DNA of 64,000 bases from an uncultured Chthonomonadales bacterium (lineage in GTDB: Bacteria > Armatimonadota > Chthonomonadetes > Chthonomonadales > CAJBBX01). The notes under the pieces are model-generated. The model ran no database searches, had not been told where the DNA came from, and saw only the letters and a program-made list of their open reading frames with translations. How positions within the stretch are numbered: the first letter of the stretch is position 1; each line of letters starts with the position of its first letter. Both the position numbers and the translations under genes were made by a program. The DNA is taken from contig CALLMM010000003.1 of the NCBI GenBank assembly GCA_938005745.1, positions 10,572 to 74,571 of the forward strand, in the 5' to 3' direction. Of the stretch, positions 36,033 to 44,742 are shown piece by piece.

Positions 36033-37166
36033 ATGATAATTCCGAACTACAGACTCGGACCGATTGATCTCGTCACGCTTCTCCCGTATATCGCGATGCT
36101 CTGCATCATCGGCTTCATCCTGGCGATCGTGCCGCTGCTGATCTGGATTGAGCGGGTGGTGATCTCGCTGATGCAGGATCGCATCGGACCCAACCGGGTC
36201 GGTCCGCGGGGCTTGCTGCAGACCATCGCCGACGGGATCAAGCTGTTTTTCAAAGAGGACATTCAGCCGCGCGCGGTAGATGTGCGAATCTACTATCTGG
36301 CTCCCGTGCTGGCGATGATACCGGCTCTGACTGCCGGGGCGACGCTGCCCTTCTCCACCGTGCGCTTCCGCATGGAAGACGGATCGGTGCAGACCTTCCC
36401 GATGGTGGTGGGCAATGTTAATATCGGCATCCTCTTCATTCTGGCGATGGCGTCCCTGCAGGTCTACGGGATCATTCTGGCGGGCTGGTCCTCCAACAAC
36501 AAGTACTCCCTGCTGGGAGGGCTTCGCGCCTCCGCGCAGGTGATCAGCTATGAACTGGCGATGAGCCTGGCGATCTTGAGCGCGGTGCTGATGTCCGGCT
36601 CGCTGAACCTGGTGCATGTGGTGGAGGCGCAGATGAACGGTTTCTGGAACTGGAACCTCTTCGCCTATCCGCCGCTCGGCTTCATCATCACAGTGATCTA
36701 CCTGATCTCCATGGTGGCGGAGACGAACCGCGCTCCCTTTGACCTGCCGGAAGCAGAGTCGGAACTGATCGCCGGCTTCCATACCGAGTACTCCTCCATG
36801 AAGTTCGCCATGTTCTTCATGGGCGAGTACGCGAGTATGCTGGTGGTCTCCGGCGTGGCGGTTTCGCTCTGGTTTGGAGGTTGGACCTCGCCCCTGCCTC
36901 TCTTGGACTTCATTCCAGGCTTTATCTGGTTTCTGGTCAAGCTGTTCGCCCTGTTCTTTGTCTATGTCTGGCTGCGCGCCAGCCTGCCGCGACTGCGCTA
37001 CGACGCGCTGATGAACCTGGGCTGGAAGCGGATGCTGCCGACCGCGCTGGTGATCCTGTTCCTCATCGCCTGCTGGAATACCCTGCGGACGCCGCAGGCT
37101 CAGGACGCGAACCCCGTCTCCGAGATCACCATGGCTCCCGCCCGGGCAGCCGAAGGAGAGCGATAA
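36033..37166 (+). CDS. nuoH: NADH-quinone oxidoreductase subunit H
   Basis: IERVVISLMQDRIGPNRVGPRGLLQTIADGIKLFFKE, FDLPEAESEL and 8 predicted TM segments. Confidence 0.95.
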   Translation: MIIPNYRLGPIDLVTLLPYIAMLCIIGFILAIVPLLIWIERVVISLMQDRIGPNRVGPRGLLQTIADGIKLFFKEDIQPRAVDVRIYYLAPVLAMIPALTAGATLPFSTVRFRMEDGSVQTFPMVVGNVNIGILFILAMASLQVYGIILAGWSSNNKYSLLGGLRASAQVISYELAMSLAILSAVLMSGSLNLVHVVEAQMNGFWNWNLFAYPPLGFIITVIYLISMVAETNRAPFDLPEAESELIAGFHTEYSSMKFAMFFMGEYASMLVVSGVAVSLWFGGWTSPLPLLDFIPGFIWFLVKLFALFFVYVWLRASLPRLRYDALMNLGWKRMLPTALVILFLIACWNTLRTPQAQDANPVSEITMAPARAAEGER

Positions 37167-37167
37167 G

Positions 37168-38058
37168 ATGAGCTTTAACTGGTCGCTCATGGTCTTCTTC
37201 ATCCTTGCCGGTATCTCGGTCGGATCGGCGCTGCTGGTGGTTGCCAACCGAAACCCGGTGCGCAGCGCGCTCTTTCTGGTGGTGAACTTCTTCGTGCTGG
37301 CGATCTTTTTCCTGACGCTCTCCGCGCAGTTTATCGCGGCGGTGCAGGTGATCGTCTATGCCGGCGCGATTATGGTTCTATTTCTGTTCGTCATCATGCT
37401 GCTGAACCTGGGCGCGCCGGAGGCGTTGAAAGAGCGGGGAGGACTGCAGATGCCGGTCGCCATCGCGCTGGCGGTGGTCTTCATCTCCTCGCTGGGACTG
37501 GCGGGATCGCTGACTACCGGACTTCCGCCCACCAGGGCGACCCCGGCAACGGTGGACGGCTCGCCCTACTTCACCAACAGGGACATACTGCTCCCGGCGG
37601 ATCTGGCGCAGAAACTGCGGAACGGCGCAGACCCGGCGACCGCCTATCTGCGAGATCAGATGCATCCGGAGGTGCAGGCAAAGCTGGCGGCGTACCGAGA
37701 CAGCGATGCGCCTTCCGTGGAGCTGATCAGCGATATGAAGCGGGAGTTGAATCGCCTGGTGGACGGACCGAACCTGTATGACCCGCAGCGATTCTCCTCC
37801 GTGCGTCTGTCCAGAGAGACGCAGAAGCTCCTGAACAGCGCCTCCCCGATGACCGACAGAAAACGGATAAATCGGCTGCTTCTGCAGGATGTATTCCCCC
37901 TGGAGATCACCAAGAGCGATCAGATGGGATCGGTGGAGACGATCGGTAAGGCGATGTTCGATGCGAAACAGCCCTGGCTGCTGCCGTTTGAACTGACCTC
38001 CATTCTGCTGCTGGTGGGAATTGTCGGGTCGGTAGTGCTGGCGAGAAGGAGAGGATAG
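37168..38058 (+). CDS. nuoJ: NADH-quinone oxidoreductase subunit J with a large hydrophilic insertion
   Basis: N-terminal NuoJ helices (NRNPVRSALFLVVNFFVLAIFFL..., AAVQVIVYAGAIMVLFLFVIMLL) and C-terminal LLPFELTSILLLVGIVG. About 130 hydrophilic residues lie between them. The ATG is 1 nt after the nuoH stop. Confidence 0.85.
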   Translation: MSFNWSLMVFFILAGISVGSALLVVANRNPVRSALFLVVNFFVLAIFFLTLSAQFIAAVQVIVYAGAIMVLFLFVIMLLNLGAPEALKERGGLQMPVAIALAVVFISSLGLAGSLTTGLPPTRATPATVDGSPYFTNRDILLPADLAQKLRNGADPATAYLRDQMHPEVQAKLAAYRDSDAPSVELISDMKRELNRLVDGPNLYDPQRFSSVRLSRETQKLLNSASPMTDRKRINRLLLQDVFPLEITKSDQMGSVETIGKAMFDAKQPWLLPFELTSILLLVGIVGSVVLARRRG

Positions 38059-38060
38059 GT

Positions 38061-38369
38061 ATGCTGGGCGTCCCGACCGAGTACTTTCTGGTTCTGAGCG
38101 GCATCCTCTTTACTATCGGGGTGATCGGGGTTCTGATCAAACGGAACCCGATCGTGATCTTCATGTGTATCGAGTTGATGCTGAACGCCGTCAATCTGAC
38201 CTTCATCGCGCTGGGACGGCACTTTGTCCATGTGAACGGGCAGATGTATGTGATCTTTGTGATGGCGGTGGCTGCGGCGGAGGTCGCCATCGGACTGGGG
38301 ATTATCGTCGCCCTGTTCCGCTCCAAAGAGACGATCAATATTGATGAGGTCAACCTGATGAAGTACTGA
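38061..38369 (+). CDS. nuoK: NADH-quinone oxidoreductase subunit K
   Basis: 102 aa with 3 TM segments and FMCIELMLNAVNLTFIA. Confidence 0.9.
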   Translation: MLGVPTEYFLVLSGILFTIGVIGVLIKRNPIVIFMCIELMLNAVNLTFIALGRHFVHVNGQMYVIFVMAVAAAEVAIGLGIIVALFRSKETINIDEVNLMKY

Positions 38370-38421
38370 AGCCCGCGAAGTTTACCGCTCGAATCGGCTT
38401 ACAGTACGGAGTGACATCGCT

Positions 38422-40524
38422 ATGCATGAGTTGCCATCCGCCAATCTGGTAGGACTGATCACCGGGCTGCCGCTGCTCGGGTTCCTGTTCCATGCGTTTT
38501 TCGGAAAGCTCATCATCACCCGGATGGGCAATGCGGTCGGGAAGCGCGTGGTAGGGGGACTGGCTACGGCGCTGGTGTTCGCCAGTTTCGGAGTGAGTCT
38601 CATAATCTTTTCTGGTCTGCTTTCGATGGAAGGGGAGCATAAGCGCGCTTTTGCGAGTCTCATCCCCTTTCTGAGCAAGCCGGTCGCCTGGATTGACATC
38701 GCCGGTTTCAAGGCGAATTTTGGTGCGCTGGTAGATCCGCTCTCGATCCTGATGTGTCTGATCGTTACGGGAATCGGCGGACTAATCCATCTTTATGCGA
38801 CCGGTTACATGGCAGCTGATAAGGACTACGCCCGTTTCTTCACCTACATGAATCTGTTCATCTTTTTCATGTTGGTGCTGGTGCTGGCGGACAATATCCT
38901 GCTGATGTTTGTGGGATGGGAGGGCGTCGGTCTCTGCTCCTATCTGTTGATCTCCTTCTGGTACGAGGATACGGAGAACTCGAAGGCGGGCAACAAGGCG
39001 TTCATCGTCAACCGGGTCGGCGATGTCGGGTATGCGCTGGGAATCATGGCGATCTTCGCCTTTTTTGGCACGCTGACGTTCTATACGGCGGACGGCAAAG
39101 GCTTTCTGGACGCCGCGATCGCGGGAAAAGCCGCCAACGGCGCTGACTTTACGGCGGAGATCGCGCTGGTGATCGGTCTGCTGCTCTTTGTGGGAGCCTG
39201 CGGAAAATCGGCGCAGTTTCCGCTGCATGTCTGGCTGCCCGACGCGATGGCGGGTCCGACGCCGGTCAGCGCGCTCATCCACGCCGCCACGATGGTTACC
39301 GCCGGGGTGGTGATGCTGACGCGCATGTCGCCGATCATCGTCAAGTCGGAGACAGTGCTGCTGGTGGTCGCTGTTGTCGGGCTCTTTACCGCGATCTTCG
39401 CGGCAACCATCGCCCTGACGCAAAACGACATCAAGAAGGTGCTCGCCTATTCCACCGTCTCGCAGCTTGGCTATATGTTTCTGGGATGCGGCGCGGGGGC
39501 GTTCGGCGCGGGCATGTTTCATGTTACGACGCACGCCTTCTTCAAAGCGCTGCTCTTTCTGGGAGCCGGATCGGTCATACATGCGCTGCATCATGAGCAG
39601 GATATGCGGCGTATGGGCGGGCTAAGCAAAAAGATCAAGGTGACCTATCTGACCATGCTTGCCGGATGGGTCGCCATCTGCGGAATACCGCCGTTTGCCG
39701 GTTTCTGGAGCAAGGACGAGATCCTGGGGTATGCCGCCGGCATACACAGCTTCGGCATGCTGATCTATGCCGTCGGACTGATCACCGCCGCTCTGACCGC
39801 CTTCTATATGTCCCGGCTGATGTGGAAGACCTTCTGGAGCGATCAACGCTTTGACGAAGCGGCTCTAGGCGCTCACGGACATGGCGGCGATTCGCACGAC
39901 GCGCTTCACGATCACGGGAACGACGCTCACAGCGTGCATGACGCACAGCCGCACTCCTCCGGCGTGAAGGAGTCTCCGCCCTCCATGCTGGTTCCGCTGG
40001 TGATCCTCGCGGCTCTTTCTGTGGTCGGAGGCTTTATCGGCACGCCGTTCAACAACTTCTTCGAGCACTTCCTGGAGCCTTCCATCGCCAGGTCGGAGGC
40101 GCATCACGGCGTCTCCTTCTTGACAGGAGCTGCGCTGGGAACCATCGCCGCCGCCATCGGGATCGCGCTGGCGTATACGCTCTATGCGAAGCGGCGCGCT
40201 ACCGGCGAACTGCTCACCGAAGCGCAGAAAGCGGGTAATCTCCTCTATCAGGCTCCCGCTAATCTCTGGTATGTGGATCGCTTCTTCTACGATCTGTTTG
40301 TCATTCGGGGCGGAAATATCGCCGTTGCACTCTGGCGGGTGGTAGACCAGAACATAATTGATGGTCTCGTAAACGCCGTCGCAGGCATTACCGGTCTCTT
40401 CAGTGAGCTGTTCCGGCGCCTGCAGACCGGTTACATACGCGCCTATGCCCTCTCCATGCTGACCGGCGTGGTTCTGGTGGTGATTGCGCTCCTGTGGAGC
40501 GCGATGAGAACGATGGGCAAGTAG
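38422..40524 (+). CDS. nuoL: NADH-quinone oxidoreductase subunit L
   Basis: WEGVGLCSYLLISFW, KSAQFPLHVWLPDAMAGPTPVSALIHAATMV and a long C-terminal lateral-helix region. 700 aa. Confidence 0.95.
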   Translation: MHELPSANLVGLITGLPLLGFLFHAFFGKLIITRMGNAVGKRVVGGLATALVFASFGVSLIIFSGLLSMEGEHKRAFASLIPFLSKPVAWIDIAGFKANFGALVDPLSILMCLIVTGIGGLIHLYATGYMAADKDYARFFTYMNLFIFFMLVLVLADNILLMFVGWEGVGLCSYLLISFWYEDTENSKAGNKAFIVNRVGDVGYALGIMAIFAFFGTLTFYTADGKGFLDAAIAGKAANGADFTAEIALVIGLLLFVGACGKSAQFPLHVWLPDAMAGPTPVSALIHAATMVTAGVVMLTRMSPIIVKSETVLLVVAVVGLFTAIFAATIALTQNDIKKVLAYSTVSQLGYMFLGCGAGAFGAGMFHVTTHAFFKALLFLGAGSVIHALHHEQDMRRMGGLSKKIKVTYLTMLAGWVAICGIPPFAGFWSKDEILGYAAGIHSFGMLIYAVGLITAALTAFYMSRLMWKTFWSDQRFDEAALGAHGHGGDSHDALHDHGNDAHSVHDAQPHSSGVKESPPSMLVPLVILAALSVVGGFIGTPFNNFFEHFLEPSIARSEAHHGVSFLTGAALGTIAAAIGIALAYTLYAKRRATGELLTEAQKAGNLLYQAPANLWYVDRFFYDLFVIRGGNIAVALWRVVDQNIIDGLVNAVAGITGLFSELFRRLQTGYIRAYALSMLTGVVLVVIALLWSAMRTMGK

Positions 40525-40538
40525 GAGACGAGGGACTG

Positions 40539-42170
40539 ATGAACTATCTGTTGAACGCCGTCATATTCCTGCCGCTTGCGGGCGCGCTGCTGCTGCTTTT
40601 CTTTCCCCGCCCGGAAGACGCGCCAGAATCACACGGACACGGGGAGGAGACGCCTGCGCCGCCGGATGCCGCCGCGCAGGCAGTTCGCTGGTTCACCCTG
40701 GCGGTCTCTCTCGTCACATTTGTCGCTTCGGCGTGGCTGCTGACCGGCTTCGATATCGCGCAGAAAGAGGGCTATCAGTTCGTGACGGACCGGATATGGT
40801 TTGTCATGGGAGACCTGCGGGTTCGCTACCATATCGGCATTGACGGGATCAGTCTGCTGCTGATCCTGCTGACGACCTTCCTCAGCGTGCTGTCGGTGCT
40901 CTTCTCGTTCTCCATCAAGAAGCGGCTTCGGGAGTATATGGTCTTCCTGCTGGTCCTGCAGACGGCGATGACCGGGGTGTTCTGCGCGCTCGATCTAGTG
41001 CTCTTCTACGTCTTCTTTGAAGCCGTCCTGATTCCGATGTACTTTCTGATCGGCATCTGGGGACATGAGCGGCGCATCTACGCAGCGGTGAAGTTCTTTC
41101 TCTACACTTTCGTGGGCAGCGTGCTGATGCTGCTGGGGATCGTCTTCATCTATCTGAACACCGGATCGCTCAGCATCGTGGATCTCGTAAAGCCCGGCAC
41201 TGACGCCTACATGAAGCTGAACCTGCTGGATGCGCAGACCCTGATGTGGCTGTACGCGGCGTTCGCGCTGGCGTTCATGATCAAAGTTCCGATGTTCCCG
41301 TTCCATACCTGGCTGCCGGATGCCCATGTGGAGGCGCCGACGGCAGGATCGGTCATTCTGGCGGGCGTTTTGCTGAAAATGGGGACCTACGGCTTCATCC
41401 GGATCTGCCTTCCGATCTTCCCGATCCAGGCGCAGAACAGCGCAATGCTGTTCATCCTTCTCGCGATCATCGGCATCATCTACGGCGCGATAGTCGCGGC
41501 GGTGCAGCCGGATATGAAGAAACTGGTCGCCTACTCCTCCGTCAGCCATCTGGGATTTGTGATGCTGGGCGTCTTCTCCTTCACCAAGCTGGGCATGGTC
41601 GGAGCGGTGCTGCAGAGCATCAATCACGGGGTCTCGACCGGAATGCTCTTCTTCATGGTGGGGATGATGTACGAGCGCAGGCATACCCGCGAGATCGCCG
41701 CCTATGGCGGGATCAAGCGCGTGGTGCCGGTGATGGCAGCCTTCTTCCTGATTGCGCTGCTCTCCTCCATCGCCCTGCCGCTGACGAACGGGTTTGTCGG
41801 AGAGTTTACCATTCTTCAGGGAAGCTACATCTCACAGAACAGCGGTCCGCTGCTGACGTTCGTCGCCGCGCTGGGAATGGTGCTCTCCGCCGTCTATATG
41901 CTCTGGCTGTTCCAGAGGGTCTTCACCGGACCGGTCAAGCATGAGGAGAACCGCCATCTACGGGATATGAACTGGCGCGAGAAGGTGGTTCTCGTACCGC
42001 TGGTGATCATGATCTTCTGGTTCGGCTGCTATGTATCTACCTGGACCCGGTATCTCAATCAACCGGTAGACGAGCTAATGGGCAGGCTGGGGATCGAGAA
42101 TCAGGAGCAGAGACCTCGTGACCCCAATGCGCCCTCACCTTTGAGAGGTTCGCCAACGGGAGCAGGTTAA
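40539..42170 (+). CDS. nuoM: NADH-quinone oxidoreductase subunit M
   Basis: KVPMFPFHTWLPDAHVEAPTAGSVILAGVLLKMGTYGF. The start is ATG 40539 (MNYLLNAVIFLPLAG). Confidence 0.95.
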   Translation: MNYLLNAVIFLPLAGALLLLFFPRPEDAPESHGHGEETPAPPDAAAQAVRWFTLAVSLVTFVASAWLLTGFDIAQKEGYQFVTDRIWFVMGDLRVRYHIGIDGISLLLILLTTFLSVLSVLFSFSIKKRLREYMVFLLVLQTAMTGVFCALDLVLFYVFFEAVLIPMYFLIGIWGHERRIYAAVKFFLYTFVGSVLMLLGIVFIYLNTGSLSIVDLVKPGTDAYMKLNLLDAQTLMWLYAAFALAFMIKVPMFPFHTWLPDAHVEAPTAGSVILAGVLLKMGTYGFIRICLPIFPIQAQNSAMLFILLAIIGIIYGAIVAAVQPDMKKLVAYSSVSHLGFVMLGVFSFTKLGMVGAVLQSINHGVSTGMLFFMVGMMYERRHTREIAAYGGIKRVVPVMAAFFLIALLSSIALPLTNGFVGEFTILQGSYISQNSGPLLTFVAALGMVLSAVYMLWLFQRVFTGPVKHEENRHLRDMNWREKVVLVPLVIMIFWFGCYVSTWTRYLNQPVDELMGRLGIENQEQRPRDPNAPSPLRGSPTGAG

Positions 42171-42198
42171 GCAACGTCGGAGGCGAAAGGAGCCGAGC

Positions 42199-43131
42199 AT
42201 GACCGGACGCGAGCGCGTACTGGCGGCGATCTCTGGTAGACCGGTAGACCGCGTTCCCTACAGTCTGTGGTATCACTTTCGTCTGACTCCGCCTGCGGGA
42301 GAGAATATGGCGCAGGCGGAGCTGGAGTTCTTTCGCCGATTACGTCCCGATCTGTTGAAAGTCATGCACGACATCCCCTACGAGATGCCTGCGGGACTGC
42401 CACAGGTGGAGGTTGTGGACGACTGGGCGAGGATGCCGGTTCTGGATGGAAAATCCGGCAACTTCGGCGCGCAGTTGAAGACGGTGCAGCAGATCAAAGC
42501 CGGGCTGGACGAGGACGTGCCGGTCATTGATACGGTGTTCAACGTCTTTTCCATTGCTCAGAAAGCCTGCGGGCATCGCGTGATGGGATTTCTCGGCACA
42601 GACCCGGAGAAGGTGCATATCGGTCTGCGAAATATCGCGCAGTCGCTGGCAAACTATGCGCGCGAACTGACGGCGGGCGGCGCGGACGGCATCTATCTGG
42701 CGATTGCGGGCGCAGCGCTGGATTCCATGCCTGCGGAGGAGTACCGTATGCACTTTCTCGCCTACGATCAGCACATTTTGGATGCGGCGGCGGGCGCGGC
42801 GGTGAATGTCGCGCATCATCACGGGAAGGGAATATACCCGGAGCTTGTCCTCTCGCTCAAAGGATATCAGATCTACAGCTGGAGCTGCCGGCTTGCCGGC
42901 AATCCCGACCTGCGCGAGATGCGCCTGAAGACGCAGATGTGCCTGATGTCGGGAGTGGATGAGACCTCGTTTGGAACCTGCACGCCGGAGGATATTGTGA
43001 CGCAGGCGAAGGAGGCGATCTCCGTCACACACGGGCGCAGCTTTATCCTTGCGCCCGGCTGCGCGGTTCCCACACCGCCGGAAACGCCGGAGGAGAACCT
43101 TCAGGCGTTGCGTACTGCCGTTAACGGGTAG
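42199..43131 (+). CDS. Uroporphyrinogen-decarboxylase (URO-D) family protein, embedded in the nuo cluster
   Basis: N-terminal RERVLAAISGRPVDRVPYSLWYHF and C-terminal FILAPGCAVPTPPETPEENL are typical of the URO-D/MtaA-like TIM-barrel family. AAAGGAG SD. It lies 28 nt after nuoM and 57 nt before nuoN. Confidence 0.8.
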   Translation: MTGRERVLAAISGRPVDRVPYSLWYHFRLTPPAGENMAQAELEFFRRLRPDLLKVMHDIPYEMPAGLPQVEVVDDWARMPVLDGKSGNFGAQLKTVQQIKAGLDEDVPVIDTVFNVFSIAQKACGHRVMGFLGTDPEKVHIGLRNIAQSLANYARELTAGGADGIYLAIAGAALDSMPAEEYRMHFLAYDQHILDAAAGAAVNVAHHHGKGIYPELVLSLKGYQIYSWSCRLAGNPDLREMRLKTQMCLMSGVDETSFGTCTPEDIVTQAKEAISVTHGRSFILAPGCAVPTPPETPEENLQALRTAVNG

Positions 43132-43188
43132 GTGGAAGCGCGCCCCATCTGTGAATGCGCACGATATTGATTCTGTCCTGGAGGAGTT

Positions 43189-44667
43189 ATGCCTGGCTCA
43201 CCAACAATCTGGGATGACCTGACTCTCATTCTGCCGCTCATTGTCCTGTGGATCACGTCGTTTGTGCTGCTGCTGGGCGATGTCGTGGTCTGGAAGAAGA
43301 ATAGAGACCTGAATCCGATCCTTGCCATCGTCGGCACGCTGATCGCGCTGGGTATCGCGGTCTATCAGACGATCTCTCTGACCGGCGACAAGGCGTTCGC
43401 CCGATCCCTGAATATGGACGCTCTGGCGCAGGTGAGCATGATTGCGCTGCTGGTGACCGGGCTGCTCGCCATCCTGCTGGCGTGGACCTATCTGAAGAAT
43501 CGGGGGCTGGAGCGCGGCGAGTACTACCCGTTGATGCTGCTCTCCGTCTCCGGCGCAGCGCTGATGGGAGCCGCCAACGACCTGATCGTTCTGTTTATCG
43601 GTCTGGAGATCCTTTCGTTTGCGCTCTATGTCATGGCGGGGTTTTCGCGATCGGATATTCGCAGCGAAGAGGCTTCCATCAAGTATTTCCTGCTGGGCGC
43701 GTTTGCCTCCGCGTTTCTGCTCTACGGGATCGCGCTGGTCTACGGCGCAACACAGACTACGCAGCTATCCGAACTGGCTTCCAGAGTGCACTCCGCACAG
43801 ACCCCGATGCTCGTCGCGGGGATCGGACTGTTGATTGTGGGACTGGGCTTCAAGGCGGCGGTGATCCCGTTCCATCAGTGGACTCCGGATGTCTACGAGG
43901 GCGCGCCGACATCGGTTACCGCCTATATGGCGGGCGCGGCAAAGATCGCCGCTTTTGTCGCGATGCTGCGGGTTTTCGATTCGCTCGCCCCGGTCAGCAG
44001 CGTCTGGCTAGGCGCGATCCAGGCGCTGGCGGTTCTGACCATGGTCTTCGGCAACCTGCTGGCGATCGCACAGACAAATGTTAAGCGTATGCTCGCCTAC
44101 TCCAGCATCGCCCATGCCGGTTATCTGATGGTCGCCATCGCCACGCTGGCGCACAGACTGGACGGTCCGCGCGGGGCGCAGGCGGGCGAGCTTGCTATGA
44201 CCGGCTCCCTGTTCTATCTCTTCGCCTATACCTTTATGACTCTGGGCGCGTTTGGCGTGCTGATCTATCTGAGTAATCGGGGCAAAGACTACCAGCAGAT
44301 TGAAGACCTTCGCGGACTGGTTCGGCATGATCCCCGCACCGCCTATGCGATGCTCTTCTTCATGCTGTCGCTGGGAGGAATTCCACCCACGATGGGCTTT
44401 ATGGGGAAGTGGCAGATCTTCTACGCGGCGCTGTCGGGCGGAGAGATTATGCTGGCGATCGTGATGGCTCTCACCAGTGTGATGGCAGCCTTCTACTATC
44501 TGAAGATCGTCTACGTGATGTGCTTCGAGGAGCCGCGGGAGGCTGCTCCCGCCCCAGCGCAGTTCTCATTTGGCGCGAGCCTCTCGGTGCTGCTGTCGGC
44601 GGCTGCCACCATCCTCTTCGGCATTATGCCCGGACTGCTCTACACCCTTACCGGTCTGGTTCGATAG
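43189..44667 (+). CDS. nuoN: NADH-quinone oxidoreductase subunit N
   Basis: KAAVIPFHQWTPDVYEGAPTSVTAYMAGAAKIAAF, KRMLAYSSIAHAGY and GGAGGAG SD. Confidence 0.9.
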   Translation: MPGSPTIWDDLTLILPLIVLWITSFVLLLGDVVVWKKNRDLNPILAIVGTLIALGIAVYQTISLTGDKAFARSLNMDALAQVSMIALLVTGLLAILLAWTYLKNRGLERGEYYPLMLLSVSGAALMGAANDLIVLFIGLEILSFALYVMAGFSRSDIRSEEASIKYFLLGAFASAFLLYGIALVYGATQTTQLSELASRVHSAQTPMLVAGIGLLIVGLGFKAAVIPFHQWTPDVYEGAPTSVTAYMAGAAKIAAFVAMLRVFDSLAPVSSVWLGAIQALAVLTMVFGNLLAIAQTNVKRMLAYSSIAHAGYLMVAIATLAHRLDGPRGAQAGELAMTGSLFYLFAYTFMTLGAFGVLIYLSNRGKDYQQIEDLRGLVRHDPRTAYAMLFFMLSLGGIPPTMGFMGKWQIFYAALSGGEIMLAIVMALTSVMAAFYYLKIVYVMCFEEPREAAPAPAQFSFGASLSVLLSAAATILFGIMPGLLYTLTGLVR

Positions 44668-44684
44668 TGCATTCTCGGCTCTCG

Positions 44685-44723
44685 AGAGACGCCGGGCGGA
44701 AACCGATTCCGCCCGGCGTCTCT
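44685..44723. terminator. 15-bp perfect GC-rich hairpin between convergent nuoN and the TlpA-like gene
   Basis: agagacgccgggcgg (44685-44699) pairs with ccgcccggcgtctct (44709-44723), with a 9-nt loop. It lies 18 nt after the nuoN stop and 20 nt after the minus-strand stop. Confidence 0.7.
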
Positions 44724-44742
44724 GGTTCTGGCGCCTGTCCGA

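Noticed and set aside
35745-37247. 500-aa minus-strand ORF opposite nuoG 3' end and nuoH
   Set aside because: It is antisense to nuoH, whose conserved motifs and TM pattern are clear. The product is dominated by Arg/Gln/His/Gly/Asp runs with no domain-like pattern.
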